Assembly (NCBI RefSeq): GCF_018350175.1
Contig: NC_058383.1
Span: 22,942,001-23,006,000 of the forward strand
Length of the DNA: 64,000 nucleotides
Source of the DNA: Felis catus
Taxonomy: Eukaryota
Direction: 5' to 3'
The notes under the pieces: generated by a model
The model's input: only the letters and a program-made list of their open reading frames with translations
What the model was told of the DNA's origin: nothing
The model's database searches: none
Translations under genes and position numbers: made by a program
Part shown: positions 13,374 through 26,119 of the stretch, one piece after another
Position numbering within the stretch: the first letter of the stretch is position 1
Layout: each line of letters starts with the position of its first letter

Positions 13374-15509
13374 TTGTTTTTGTTTTAATTAGAGATACAA
13401 TAGCTTCTTTTATCAGTAAGGCCCGGAGGACATTTTCCTGTGGTCCCCACAGTTCTTTGTAGCCAGAAACTGCCCCTAGGGCAGCAAAGAGTTGTAGTAA
13501 GCAGTGTTTGATCAACCTTAGCCCATTAGCTACCTGGCAGCCTGGATAATGTCTGATCATGAAATAACCTAGTGTTGTAAAAACAACAATGAAACCCAAC
13601 GCTAGCAAACTCTACCAAGGGTCTTTTGTGAGCCAGGCCCTCAGCTAAGCACTTAGTATCTGCCTTATCTCATTTTATCCTCAAAATAATGTTAGACAGT
13701 GGAAACTGTTATTAGCCCCTCTTGACAAATAAGGAAACTGATTCATGGATTGGTTAAGTAACTTGCCCAAAGTTACACAGCTGGTATGTGTTGGGACCTG
13801 GATTTGAAACAGGTCCCAGGACCAGGTAGTCTGACTTCAGAGTTTATTGGATAGGTGGGTGGCAGGATGGATGGGTGGATAAATGGATAATGGATGGATG
13901 GGTGACTGGAGGTATTCAAGGAAGCAGAAATTTGTTCTGAGGTTGGTGGGGACCTGGGGATTGACTGGTTGTGGGAGGTTGGCAAGGAACCATGGATAGC
14001 TAGTCAATTGTCTCCCCAAAGATCTCTTTGCTTTTCTTCTCTTTCTCATGTTCTTATTTAAATCCTGTCATGTTGCTGGGTTGAATCACCCTCTGAGCTT
14101 GACAGAGTTCCTTCATGAAAACATAACCCAGAAGATCTATCAAGGAAGCCTGTCACTGCGGAATAATAGCTGGTCTTTATTTTCTCATATGTGCTTTTCT
14201 GAGATTTTCTAATCTATGACATGTAGCAGGTTTCTGTTTGTGCTGAACCAGCATGCTTTCTTCCTTCCTGTGAGAGCAGTACCCTAGTGGGCAATCTCTT
14301 CTTACCCCACTGTCTTTCAGTGTATTTTGCGGGGGAAAGGAGGCTGCTCCCCCAATGCAGAAACAGCCAAGTGATCCAGGTCTGGCCAGTCACAGTGTTT
14401 CATCTGTTTGGCCACAGTGATCAGTTCAAGAAAAGACCGGTGACTCAATTATGTCCAGTGCAAATCCATAAACCCATGGGATAACTTTTTTTTTTTAAAT
14501 AGTTGTAAGAGATAAACTCTCTTTCTTTTGGAGGTGCCGAGAGATGGGGTACATGTCTGGGGCTTCCAGCATCCATTGTGCCCCTGTAAGGGGGTGTGTC
14601 TGAGAATGGAGTTAACACAGTATAGCCCAGGGGAGAGGCAGAAAGTAATTAAGAGTCCTGATCTTATCATTTCAGCCTCTGGATCCAGCCATACCTGAAG
14701 ATGGAGATGCATTTCTGGTTGTCAGAGCTGAAATTTATTTCTTTTTTCTCAATCCAACTTGAGTTAGGTTTTTGACACTTGCAGACAAGGTTCCTAACAC
14801 AGTATGTATCACTCTTGTATAAATACAAATGAAAATTTGTAACGTAACATTAATAATGTTATGAAACAGAAATAATGTTATGTTAATAACATTAATGATG
14901 TTATGAAAAGAGAACAAAAGACAACCACCAGATTCCTGAGTACATGCAGTCAACAAACAGCTGTCAAACAATAGTTTGTCAAACAAACACCCGCAGGTCT
15001 GGCCAGAGAGATGAGAACAGCAGCTGGGAAGTTTCCTCCAGAAGTGTTCCTGGAGGAGGGTGAGGGAATATTTGAACAATCAGTTCTGTTTCACCTTCTC
15101 CTCCTGATCTTTCCAGTTTCCAACTGGGCACAATGAGACTCCTTCAGTATGTAGCCTGCAATTAAAGCGCATGTCTCAGGAATCTTGCCGATCCAGGCCC
15201 CTTCTCCACCCTGGGCTGGTCCTGCCTTGGGAGAGAAGAAGCTGAGATGGTTCTGTAGCTGGCTGGGAAGCGGCAGTGGCTGCGTGGGGAGACTGAGCCT
15301 GGCGGTGACCTTCCCAGGAGAGTCATCCTGAAAGATGCCTGGCCGGCCATCTCCTGGGGCTGCCTCAGTGGAGGAGGGAAGGGACAGAGCCAGGGCGATA
15401 TTTGACTCTTGAGGGCATTTCCTAGAACACCATGTTGCTTTTAGGATGCTGTTAACATCCACATCATACCTATCTTACTACCCACTCATCATTTTCTTCC
15501 TTTACCGAG

Positions 15510-16886
15510 ATTTTTTTTTTTTTCCAGAGAGAAACAGCGTGAGTGGGGAGACAGGGAGAGCAGAGAGAGAGGGAGACAGAGAATCCCAAGTAGGCCGAAC
15601 CTGATGCGGGGCTTGAACTCACGAAACTGCAAGATCGTGACCTGAGACATCTTCTCTGAGATTTTAAAAAATTGAGCAAAATCATGCGTTCTAGAGGAGC
15701 ACATAAAACACCATGTTTGGTTAAATAAAAAACAAACAGGAAAGCAGCCAGCCATGTGTGCACCACCACTTAAGATGAGAAATCGATCATTTCCAGCCAG
15801 CTCTTCGTCGCCCTGTGTCCCTCTGACCACCTCCACTCCCACCCCGCAGAAGTTTCTGCCATCCAGTCATCATTGCATCTTGCTTTTCTTCATGGTTGCG
15901 TTTACCATTTTTGTTTCTTTTTTTTTAATTTTTAAAGATGTTTTTAATGTTTATTTTTGAGACAGAGAAAGAAAGAGAGCACAAGAGGAGGAGGGGCAGA
16001 GAGAGAGAGACACACACACAAAGAACCTGAAGCAAGTTCCAGGCTCCAAGTTGTCAGCACAGAACCTGATGCAGGGCTTCAAACCATGAACCACAAGATC
16101 ATAACCTGAGCTGAAGTCTGACGCTTAACTGACTGAGCCACCCACTCAGGCACCACAAAGTTTATTTATTTTGAGAAAGAGAGGGAGAGAGAGAGGGAGA
16201 GAGAGAGAGAGAGAGAGAGGGAATGAGAATGAGAACGCAAGCAGGGGAGGGGCAGAGAGAGAGAATCCTAGGCAGGCTCTGTGCTGTCAGCACGGAGCCA
16301 GATGTGGGGCTCCATCTCACGACAGTGAAATCATGACCTGCGCTGAAATCGAGTCAGATTCTTAACTGACTGAGCCACCCAGGTGCCCTGCCATTTTTCT
16401 TTAAGTAGATTTATTTTTCGACCCTTTTTTATTGGGTCAAAATCCATATAATGTAAGGTTAACCCATTTAAGGTATACAGTTCACTGGCATTTGGTGCAT
16501 TCGCCTCTATCTAGTTCCCAAACATTTTCACTGTCCTGAAAAGAAAGGCCGTATCCATTACAGCCACTTCCTATTCTCCCCTTCCCCTAACCCTGGCAAG
16601 TGTGAATCTACTTTGTCTCTATACATGTGCTTGTTGGGAGTATTTCATATAAAGGGAATCATACGATATGTGGTCTTTATTTTTTTTTTTGAGAGAGAGA
16701 GAGAGAGAGAGAGAGAACATGTACAATCAGGGGAGGGACAGAGAGAGAGAGAGAGAGGGAGAGAGAATCCCAAGCAGGTTCCCCACTGACAGTGCAGAGC
16801 CTGATGTGAGGCTCCAACTCACAAACTTCGAGATCATGACCTGAGCCGAAGTTGGGTGCCTAATTGACTGAGCCACCCAGGCGCCC
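15510..16886 (-). mobile_element. Cluster of four CAN-SINEs (15510-15650, 15920-16155, 16160-16388, 16677-16886) within old L1M
   Basis: SINE signatures. The last copy has TSD AC(G/A)ATATGTGGTCTT. Confidence 0.85.
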
Positions 16887-17514
16887 ACACAATATGTGGT
16901 CTTATGTCCTTGGCTTTTTTCACTTAATGTAATAGTTCCAAGGTTCGTCCATATTGTCTTTGTGTGACAGTACTTCTTCACTCCTTTATAAGGCTGATAT
17001 TTTACTAATGAAAAATAATGATATTAAATGAGATCATAATTGTAAATAATATAGACACACATATAGAAAAGCTGGAAATATATATTCTATAAATCTAGAT
17101 AAATAATAGAATAATAATAACTAATAAAATAATTAATTATCTTAAGAGGAAACTCTTTTATTACCCCTTCTCCTCTGCCTGTAACACTCTTCTCCCAAAT
17201 ATATCTGCATGGGACTCCCTCAAGCAGCTCGGAGGATGCATTTGCAAAGTCTCCCCTGACTAAATAGCATTATGACTGACGCCTCTGCAAACTCCTAGTC
17301 CCCCTTACCCTGCCCCACATTCTCTGTCTCCCATAGCACTTCTTACCTTCTGCCATGCTCTGTCTGTCATCCGTTTCTTTCATTGCTCATTTTTTTTTTT
17401 TTTTTTTGTCTACCTCTCCTCCTAGGAGGGTATAGGTTCCACGAGGGCAGGGGGTTTGTTTGCTTGACTCACAGATGCATCCCCAGCCCTCCACCCAACA
17501 GTACTTGTCCACTG

Positions 17515-17955
17515 ATGGACAAAATATCCACATCCTGATATCTGGAGCCTATGAAAGTTACCTACTAGGGCACGAATGGAAGCTTTGCAGATGAGGGAGA
17601 TCATCCCAGGATACCTGGGTGCACCCTAGATGTAATCCCAAGTGTCCTTATAAAAAGGAGATTTGGGTGCCTCCGAAGAAATCAATGTAACAACTGAAGC
17701 AAGATACTAGTCTGTTGTCTTTGAAGATGAAGGAGGGGGCCAGGAGCCAAGGAATGTAGTTTTAGAAGCTCACAGAGGGGAAGGAAGACTTCCCTAGAGC
17801 ATTTTGAGGGGGCACAAGCCTGCTGACACCTTGATCTTTGTCCCATAAGACTCTTCAAAGCTCTGACTTCCGGGAACTGTAAGGGAATAAATTTCTGTGC
17901 TTTTTAAGCCACTGACCTTGTGGTAGTTTGCTATCGTATCCACAGGAAACTATTG
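17515..17955 (+). mobile_element. MaLR (MLT1-like) LTR
   Basis: gctttgcagatg...gagatcatcc and aataaatttctgtg...taagccact...ttgtggtagtttg motifs. Confidence 0.65.
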
Positions 17956-18604
17956 CAGTGCTCGATAAACAGTCGTTGAACGAATAAACACTTGTTGAGC
18001 CAGTGACTGAAGGAGACACCAGTATTGCTTATACTAAGTAGAAGGTAACAGCAAACAAAGGCAGTGTAAACACAACGGAGCCGCTAAAGTCGGGGCTGCA
18101 GGCTTTGAGGCAGCTCTCTCTCTCTGTTAAGCAAGAGAGCTTTGCATGTGCAGGAGAGCGTTAGACACCCATGAGCACCAAACTGGGACTGGATGTCTTC
18201 GCACATTGGAACATGGAGTGGTTTTCTTATTCCATTGGCCCATGATACTTTAACACTTCCATTTGGTGGTCAGGGGAGGGCAGTCACCGCCGACTTTACA
18301 GAGATGAGGATATCTGTGCTCCGTCTGGGAAGAGGAGTGGAGAAAGAGAGAGGGCAGCACATGGCATAGCTATTGAATTTGTCTGCCAACCTAAAGTCAG
18401 CACCATAGGCTAAGTCCTGTGACTTGGGAAGTGTAGCCAAGGTGCTGGGGAACTGCCGGAGGCTTCTAACCAGGAAGTGCCTTTGTCCAGCCTGCCTTTG
18501 GAGACATCCTCCTGGTTTAGCCTGGAACAGGGGTGGGAGGCAGAAGGTCTGGGAGACAGGGAGATCTGTGAGGGGGAGAGGGCCTCGTGCTCCAGGCTCC
18601 TTCT

Positions 18605-18618
18605 CCTTAATGTTTATT

Positions 18619-18663
<45 letters not shown>

Positions 18664-18825
18664 TAGCACGAATGGGGAAGGGCCAGGGAGAGAGGGAGAC
18701 ACAGACTCTAAAGCAGGCTCCAGGCTCTGAGCACAGAGCCTGACGCGGGGCTCAAACCCACAAACTGTGAGATCATGACCCGAGCCTAAGTCAGACGCTT
18801 AACAGACTGAGCCACCCGGGAACCC
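18605..18825 (-). mobile_element. CAN-SINE with expanded (GA)n
   Basis: SINE signature with (GA)n at 18622-18659. Confidence 0.88.
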
Positions 18826-20619
18826 GTGGTCTGAGCTCCTTTCCATCCTCCAGCTGTTTCCTTCTTTGATGTAATTGCTTGATGAAGACCACAGTGTCTG
18901 TGAGGCCCAGGCCTCTCTACTGAGTTTGCGACAGAGGTGGGGTCTTTTCCCACTCTCTACTTGGGGTGCAGGCTGCTGACTTTGAGGTGTCTCTGTCATC
19001 AGGGAGATGTTCTGTGGGCTGTGGGACACTTGAGTCTGGAACTCCAGGGGCCCGGAAGGGAGGTCAGAAGAGCAGTGAGGGTGACAGTTTGAGAACAAGG
19101 GAAAATTAAGAACAAATATTCCTGTGACCTGCAAATGGAGTCATTTTCCCTTGGAGTCAATAACTCCTGGTCACTGTGGCTGCTCATCAAAGGGGTCTAG
19201 GAATGAAGGGGTTCTCCCCTCTCTCCTCCTCCGTCCTGGCATGAGAGGGCCCTTGGGCTGAGCAGGCTGGGCCAGAAGCCAGAGAGGACCGGCAGGGGCT
19301 TCCTTGGGGGCAAGGGGACTTGGCCTCGGGGAAAAGCTTCCATCTGAAAGGCAGTGCACCCAGCGATAAGCACACAAGCTCTGGGGGCAGGCCCGGGCCT
19401 CTCAGTTACTAGTGATGGGGCCAGAAGCAGAACTCTGTGCCTCACTTTCCCTATTTGCAAGATTCCGTACTCTGCATATGAAGTGCTTAGCAGAATTCCT
19501 GGCAAAGAATAGGTGATATTAGCCATTATTATGATTGTTATTGTTTTTATTGGCTCTGTACACTTTTCCTAAATGCCATCACTGTACTCAGCCCTGTCCC
19601 CATCCAGGGACAAGGAGATAAGGCATCCTGCCTTCAGAGGGTGCACTGTTTATTGAGAGATACAGACAGATCGATACAAATGATATCAGGGGATGGAAAT
19701 TCTACGCTGGACGGAGCTCTAACTTCCTGGGGTTGGGGGGACAGGGGAGGGTGTGGGAAGACCTTACATGAGTGGTGACATTTGTACCTTGCCCGGGAGA
19801 ATGAGCAGAGGAAGAGAGAAGGCAGCCCTTGGCATTGCAGGCACATGAGCCCTGAGGTTGGTCGCCAGGCAGGAAGGAGACGGCTGGAGCCATAGGGTGC
19901 GAGCTATGCTCCCGGGGGGTGGGGAGAGGGGAGAAATGGGTGGCTGCTGACTCCACATGGTCTTGTCTTCACCTTTGGCAAAGCCAGCAGCAACTCCAGC
20001 CTCGCCGGGAGTCTTCTTGCCGGTGACATCATGCTGAGGCTGGTCAATTCTAGGAATCTGAGGACAGGGCCCACACCCCTCCTGCCTTGGAGGAGGAGGA
20101 GGAGGAAGCTGTCTTTGGGCAATGCCCGGGCAGCCGTGCACCACAAGGCACCTGTCAGCACTGGCTGCGGCCACCCCAGCCCAGCATGGACAGGAGCCAG
20201 GCTTGCACCCTCTGTAACCCAACGCTCACCTGCATCAGCCCTGGCTTCTGAGCCCACTCCTCAGGGGAGCTCCAGCCAGCCTGGGGTCACAGTGACCTCC
20301 TCCCTGCTGGCTGCCGTGTCTCCTTACAGCACCCCACCCAGAGAGGTTCAGTGGAACCACTGAATGGGGCAGAGAGGGCTATTGCAGCCACTGACCTGGA
20401 GTCAGGTTAGACTGGGAGTCCCTAGGACCCAGGGAGGGGCCCACAGCCCCTGCTCTCTCACTTCCACTAGCAACCGTTCTGGTGCTGGGCACAGTCCTGA
20501 AATGCAGGCCTCTCTGCACTCATGGATGAAGGACCTCCTTCTGCCCTGTAGCCGGATATTGAGCCTTCCCTCTTCCCACCTGAACTGACACGAGCCTCAC
20601 ATTTAAAAGGCACAGGCTC

Positions 20620-20826
20620 TGGAGCACCTCGGCGGCTCAGTCGGTTAAATGTCCGACTTCGGCCCAGGTCATGATCTCACAGTTCGTGAGTTTGAGCCCC
20701 GTGTCGGGCTCTGTGCTGACAGTTCAGAGCCTGGAGCCTGCTTCGGATTCTGTGTCTCCCTCTCTCTCTGACCCTCCCCTGCTCACGCTTTGTCTCTCAA
20801 AAATAAATAAACATTAAAAAAAAAAG
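20620..20826 (+). mobile_element. CAN-SINE
   Basis: Full SINE with AAAAGGCA on both flanks. Confidence 0.88.
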
Positions 20827-21009
20827 GCATAGATGCTGATTGGATGCAAAATGATGGAGTGATAAAGTGCACAAGTTCTGGAGTCTTACTGCCTAGGTTC
20901 AAATCCCTGGCACGATTTGGCAACTTCGTAGCTATGTCACCTGTGATGAGTAATTTAGCCTTTCTTTGCCTCAGTTTCTTCATCCTAGGACCTCCTTAAT
21001 TTGCTAATC

Positions 21010-21320
21010 CAGGGATTGACAGATTTTTCTCTGTGAAGGGCCAGAGGATAAATATTTTACACTTTGTGAACCTAGGGTCTCTGTTGCAACTGCTCAACTC
21101 TGCTAGCGGCTGGCACAGACAATATGCAAATGCATGGGTGTGGCTGTGTTCCAATAAAACTTTATTTACGGACACGGAAAATGGGATCTTCTATCATTTT
21201 CATGAGTCACAAAACAGTCTTCTGATATTTTTAGCCACTTAAAAGTGAAATAAAAAAAAAAACATTCCTAGGTCATGAGCACACACAGGATTTGGCCTGC
21301 GGGTTATAGTTGCCCCATCT
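21010..21320. mobile_element. MER58-like hAT-Charlie DNA transposon fossil
   Basis: tgaagggccagaggataaatatttt...actcaactctgc...ggctgtgttccaataaaactttattta...ggatttggcctgcggg matches the recalled MER58 pattern. Confidence 0.7.
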
Positions 21321-21791
21321 CTAAGTGCTTAGAACAGCACCCAGCACACTGTTGCTGAGCTAACATTGAATTAAACACACCTACTGTGTGCTTAATCTGT
21401 GTTAGGTATTACCACGTTGGAAGGTGTGAGCGGTTGTCTGCTGTGGTTGGCTTGCTGGGGAGGAACAGGCCTTGCATGGGGGAGGGGGGCCTGTCTGGGA
21501 GGGAGAGATGCTGAGGTGAGTTACCAGATGATCCTTTATACCTTGGGCCACCACTGGACAGGGGTGTCCATCCAGCAAGGCCCTTGAACGAGCTTTTCTG
21601 TGCTTGGGTAAGGGGCCTAGGGCACTGGGTTGGCTCCCCAGAACATGGCCCCACCCCTTCCTCCTGTCACATCCCCAGACCTCCCCACCCCTGTTGCACC
21701 CTCCCCACTACACACTCCAAGGACCTTGGGCCAGCCCCCCTGCCTGAGGGCACAGAGAAGACCTTGCCCCAATGTCAACAACTAAGAACAG

Positions 21792-21797
21792 TTTATT
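21792..21797 (-). terminator. Candidate proximal poly(A) signal of SCNN1G
   Basis: First AATAAA on the minus strand after the stop codon (~500 nt downstream), followed by U/GU-rich sequence (CTGTTCTTAGTTGTTG). Confidence 0.6.
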
Positions 21798-22290
21798 CAC
21801 AAACAGCACCAGCTCCAGGGCTGGTGCTTCCTCCTGTCTTTGGCACTAGGCAGTGGTTGTCTGGCCTTGATACCTAAGGGCACGTCCTTGGGCCCCAGCC
21901 CAGGGGAGTGGGTGAAACCCTGGGCTTGGGGCTTCGGAGGAATCTTTCTCTCTCAAGACCTGGTGAAAGTGCTGTCAGCCTTCACTTCTGGCTTTCGTCT
22001 GGGCGGACGCCATCTCCTCGGCCCCCATCTCTCTCCATAGCAGATGTGGGAGGGGTTTGGGCTGCCGGATCTTTCTCACCCTGGATGGCTGAGGGTTGCC
22101 GGGCAGGGCCCAAGGGGTCTCCTGCACACACCCAGGCCCCATGTTGTTGTTCAAAGCAGATTTTTAGTCAATGTCTCTGAAAAGCCTAGCCAGAGGGGGT
22201 GCCAAGGGTCCCCTCCGTGTGCAGGAGACACGGTCTGAGTTCTCAGACTGTGGCTGGGCTCCTAGCTACATCTCTCTTCCCCTCCCCGCC

Positions 22291-22653
22291 TCAGGACTCC
22301 GCCGGCATCTGGGTGTCTGTGAGCTGGTCAGAGAAGGCCCTCTCCAAACGCAGTGTGTTGTATCTGGGAGGCGGTGTGCCGGGCACCTCGGTGCCTGGGG
22401 CTGGAGGCAGGCGCAGCGCGGAGGTGAACGTGGGCAGGTCATCGTCTATATCGAGGCCCAGGTTGTCCTGGCCCTGAGGGCCAGGGGGAGCGTGCCTCCG
22501 GGCCCACCATTCCTTAGCTTTGTGCCACTGGTGGCGGGCAATGATGGAGAAAGAGTCAATAAAGAAGACCTCAATGATCTCAATGACACAGACGACGGAG
22601 CAGCTCATCCACAGGCCCAACTGGCCACCGAAGTTGGACAGAAGCATCTCGAT
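22291..22653 (-). CDS. SCNN1G: SCNN1G exon 13 coding part (TM2, C-tail, PY motif, stop), 363 nt
   Basis: TGCAG acceptor. Translates IEMLLSNFGGQLGLWMSCSVVCVIEIIEVFF...PGTPPPRYNTLRL...QMPAES, with TGA at 22293-22291. The NEDD4-2-binding PY motif lies at 22360-22374. Confidence 0.97.
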   Translation of the reverse strand: MEMLLSNFGGQLGLWMSCSVVCVIEIIEVFFIDSFSIIARHQWHKAKEWWARRHAPPGPQGQDNLGLDIDDDLPTFTSALRLPPAPGTEVPGTPPPRYNTLRLERAFSDQLTDTQMPAES

Positions 22654-22950
22654 CTGCAAGGGAGGTCAAGCCACACCATTAAGAGGGCCCCTCCACCCAA
22701 GTTGGCCTCATGCAGGGACCCCAGTTCCCAAGGGAGCCCCTGGCAAGTCCTGGCCCTGAATGGATTTGGAGGAAGAAGTGGGCAGGCTTCCTGTCCCCTC
22801 TTCCTCTGCCTTATCTGATCCAAGTCCTGGCTGGCCTGTGGTGGCCCTGCCAGCTCCGGCTGTATCCCTAGCATCTAACTCTGCTCCCTGAGACAAGGCA
22901 GATGGGCACATTTGCAGACCCCAGGCAGGTCCCAGAAAGAAGCCACTCAC

Positions 22951-23026
22951 ACTGTTGGCAGGGCTCTCCATGATGGATCTCTGGTTCAGGTCTTTGTAGA
23001 ATATCAAGAGTTTGGCCAAGTCCGTC
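22951..23026 (-). CDS. SCNN1G: SCNN1G exon 12, 76 nt
   Basis: TCCAG acceptor and GTGAGT donor. Translates TDLAKLLIFYKDLNQRSIMESPANS. Confidence 0.96.
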
Positions 23027-24771
23027 CTGGAGAAATTCCAACAGGCAGGGCCCAGGTGAGTCAGGTGCCTTTGCATCTACCAGATGACCAGCCCTTCAGT
23101 GTGGCTGTCTCCCTCCTTCCCAGACTCCAGCATGGTCCAGGCTCTGAGATCCAAAGGAATCTTAGAACCTAGCTCCTGGGGCTCCTTCTGCACCCTAGAG
23201 CACATCTCCAGCCTGGGCCTGGTTGCTTAGGCCCTCATCCACTCAAAAACCATTTCCCAACCAGCCTGAGTCAGTCCACCCAGCTGTATACTCCCATAGC
23301 ACCCTGTTCTTCATCAAGCCCTGATATTGCGATTGTTTGATTGCAATCTCAAATATGTATAGGAGACATGCAAGTAATACAAATGAGCGAGGTAGGCTGG
23401 GCATAACGTAATAATGATAACGACCATAATAACAGCCAGCGTTTATTGGACACTTCCTGTGTTGCCAAGCACTGTTCCAAGTGCCTTATATGAATTAACT
23501 TGTTGAATGCTCGCGACAACCCTATGTCGTTATGTTTTAATTATCCCCATTTTACAGATGTGGAAACTAAGACACAGATTGGTTAACTAACTTGCCCAAG
23601 ACCACACCACTCACAAACGGGCAGATCCAGTATTCAGAACTAGAGAAATCTGGCTTCAAAGTTCATGCTGTTAGCTGCTGCACAAAATTGCCTCCTGGTG
23701 GGACTATGGCAAGTGTGTCCACGCTTATTCCAAAGGGGCAGCTATGACTCAACTCTTTAGTTCTACACAAGCATGGAGGTTTGCTGTTTCTGGAACTTCT
23801 GATCTTTCAAGGAAAGCTGGAAGTAATGGGTTGCTTTCATGGGGCTATATTTGGTCTAGGGGTCACTGGCTTGCAATGCTTGCTTTCAGAGTTTGCAATT
23901 ACTTGGTCAAAGTCGACCTTACGACTAGACTGTCAGCACCTTGGGGGCGGAGATCATGTCTGCTCGGTCGTCATGATACCCCCAGCACCACATACAGCAC
24001 CTGGTACCTAGTGGATATGCAATAAATGTTGGAGGCTCGACTAACCTCCACTGTGGAGATGGGAAGGGCCCAGAAAGAGGTGAGGTCACATGGTAATTCC
24101 CCCATCCTCTCCCACCTTCATCTCCATCCCCTGAGGTCCCTGAACTCTGGCCCAGCTGATTTTTGCTAAAGCTCTCTTGGAAGTGAATGTTGATGTGGAA
24201 AATTTAAGCAGGATTTAGAAGCTTCATGGAGTATTTTCAGAGGAGTATTTTTCCAAGCAGGTCAAGATACGTCAGGAAGCCATGAAATAAATGTCCTAGG
24301 CCATGACCAAAACCCTTTGACAAAGGGAAACAGAATAGGAAATATCAGATTGCAGCCCCAGAGATGTTCAAACTCTTTGTCAACTGATATGGGCACTAAT
24401 CACTGAGAATGGCGTCATGATTATTGAAATGGATGTAAACAGTTGGTTTGGCTATACCAGTTTGCACAGTCTGAAAATCAGCCCGAATGCTTTGTACACC
24501 ATTAGCAAGTGCTGTTACATGAGACTTTTATCTCATTTATCTATTCAATGGGCCACAATGGAAAACTATTTTCATAATGTGGGTCACAGCCAAAACATTT
24601 GAGAGCCCCAGGCCTAGAGTGGGATCTAGCTCCTGACATGAGCTTGATCAATATTTGTTCAATAAAGGAATGAGTGAATGAAAAAGAGAGGGGTTGGCAG
24701 TGAGGAAGCAAGTAAGGAGGCTGAGGCCCAGGGCCAGCGCAGGCAGAGGAAACAGGGTGGGGTCTGCTTAC

Positions 24772-24833
24772 TTGTTGAGTTTTTTCTTTATTTGCTGGCC
24801 TTGGTCCCAAGTGAGAATGGGCAGCAACCATTT
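24772..24833 (-). CDS. SCNN1G: SCNN1G exon 11, 62 nt
   Basis: CACAG acceptor and GTAAGC donor. Translates KWLLPILTWDQGQQIKKKLN. Confidence 0.96.
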
Positions 24834-25024
24834 CTGTGATGGAGAAATAAGGAGTGACCTGGGGATGCCTGGAGAGGCCAGGGCCAGCCCGTATGCCTCC
24901 CCTCTTGGCCTCAGCCCCCCAACGTGGCCTTCCCTGTGGATCTCTCCTGAGGCCAGAAGACACAGGCAGGGCATTGGGCTCCAGGATGAGAAGGTGAGGG
25001 GAAAGATGGAGAAGATTAACTTAC

Positions 25025-25082
25025 CTCAGAAACCTCGGATGGCCACTGTGCCAGACTGGTGGTCAGTGTCCACTCCTTAAAG
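25025..25082 (-). CDS. SCNN1G: SCNN1G exon 10, 58 nt
   Basis: CTTAG acceptor and GTAAGT donor. Translates (S)FKEWTLTTSLAQWPSEVSE. Confidence 0.96.
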
Positions 25083-25164
25083 CTAAGGGGAGAAGGGTAC
25101 GGAGTGAGTATGGCTGGCCTGGCCTGGCCCAGCCCCACAGGCTCCATCCTTCCAGCCCACTCAC

Positions 25165-25243
25165 CTGCAGGCTTCCCGGCATACCGACTGGCAGCCCAGC
25201 TCTTCCCGGACAAAGGCCTGGTGCAGCTGGTAGTAGCAATACA
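25165..25243 (-). CDS. SCNN1G: SCNN1G exon 9, 79 nt
   Basis: CCCAG acceptor and GTGAGT donor. Translates (M)YCYYQLHQAFVREELGCQSVCREAC. Confidence 0.96.
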
Positions 25244-25364
25244 CTGGGGGACAGGGCAGAGGGCAGTGTGAGCTGTGGGGCCATAGGGTCCTTCCTGGGA
25301 GTCACCAGGGGTGCCTCCCTGGGACCCCTTTTCATGATTTTGCTCCCATTTTCTAAAATTTCTT

Positions 25365-25560
25365 TTAATGTTTATTTTTGAGAGAGAAAGAGAGATAGAA
25401 TGTGAGCAGGGGAGGGGCAGAGAGAGAGAGAGAGAGAGACAGAGAATCCGAAGCAGGCTCTAGGCTCTGAGCTGTCAGCACAGACCCTGACCTGAGTCTC
25501 GAACCCATGAACCTAAGCCGAAGTTGGACGCTTAACCAACAGAGCCAACCAGGTGCCCCT
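25365..25560 (-). mobile_element. CAN-SINE in intron 8, TSD TGCTCCCATTTTCTA
   Basis: SINE signature with direct repeats on both flanks. Confidence 0.88.
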
Positions 25561-26001
25561 CTGCTCCCATTTTCTACAAACACTGGTTTTCTAGAAACAA
25601 ATGCTGCTTTGTCATATTGAGAGACAGAATACTGTGGAGGTTAAGGGCATATGTTGGGGGGGGTCAGCAGCCCTTGCTTTGAGTCTAGCTCCATTACCCC
25701 CTGGCTGTGTGACCTTGGAGAAGTTGCTTAACCATACTGAGCCTCAGTTATCTGTTCTGTGAAAAGGTACCACCAATAGTTCCCGTCTCCTGGAGTTGAT
25801 AGAGGTGGCCAACGTCTTAGCACAGGTTAGGGTGCAGCATTTGGTCCTAACTGGAAAGTCGAATTCAAGCCAGGCTTGGGGACAGGAGTAAAACTTTTGC
25901 CTAACATCTCTCTACCGATGGCTCCTTCCCGCAAAAGGCCAAAGCACAGGCTGGTGCTGGGGCTGGGCTGACTCCACCCCCCGGGGGCGGGTCTCACTTA
26001 C

Positions 26002-26119
26002 TCCAGTTGGGGTGCTGCTGGTAGTTGCAGTAGTTGGCTGCTGGAGGTAGCGGCTGGCTATACTGGGCGCACCCACATTTCTCCACCATCTTTGCCTGGA
26101 AGCATGAGTGAAGGCAGAT
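26002..26119 (-). CDS. SCNN1G: SCNN1G exon 8 (Cys-rich thumb), 118 nt
   Basis: TTTTTCAG acceptor and GTAAGT donor. Translates ICLHSCFQAKMVEKCGCAQYSQPLPPAANYCNYQQHPNW. Confidence 0.96.

Noticed and set aside
19630..20360. Cluster of 110-152 aa ORFs plus a minus-strand AATAAA at 19649
   Set aside because: No recognisable protein and no coherent exon chain. The AATAAA region looks L2-derived.
22171..22818. 215-aa plus-strand ORF, and similar ORFs at 43486-43992 and 43751-44146
   Set aside because: Antisense shadows of GC-rich SCNN1G coding exons, with no independent signal.
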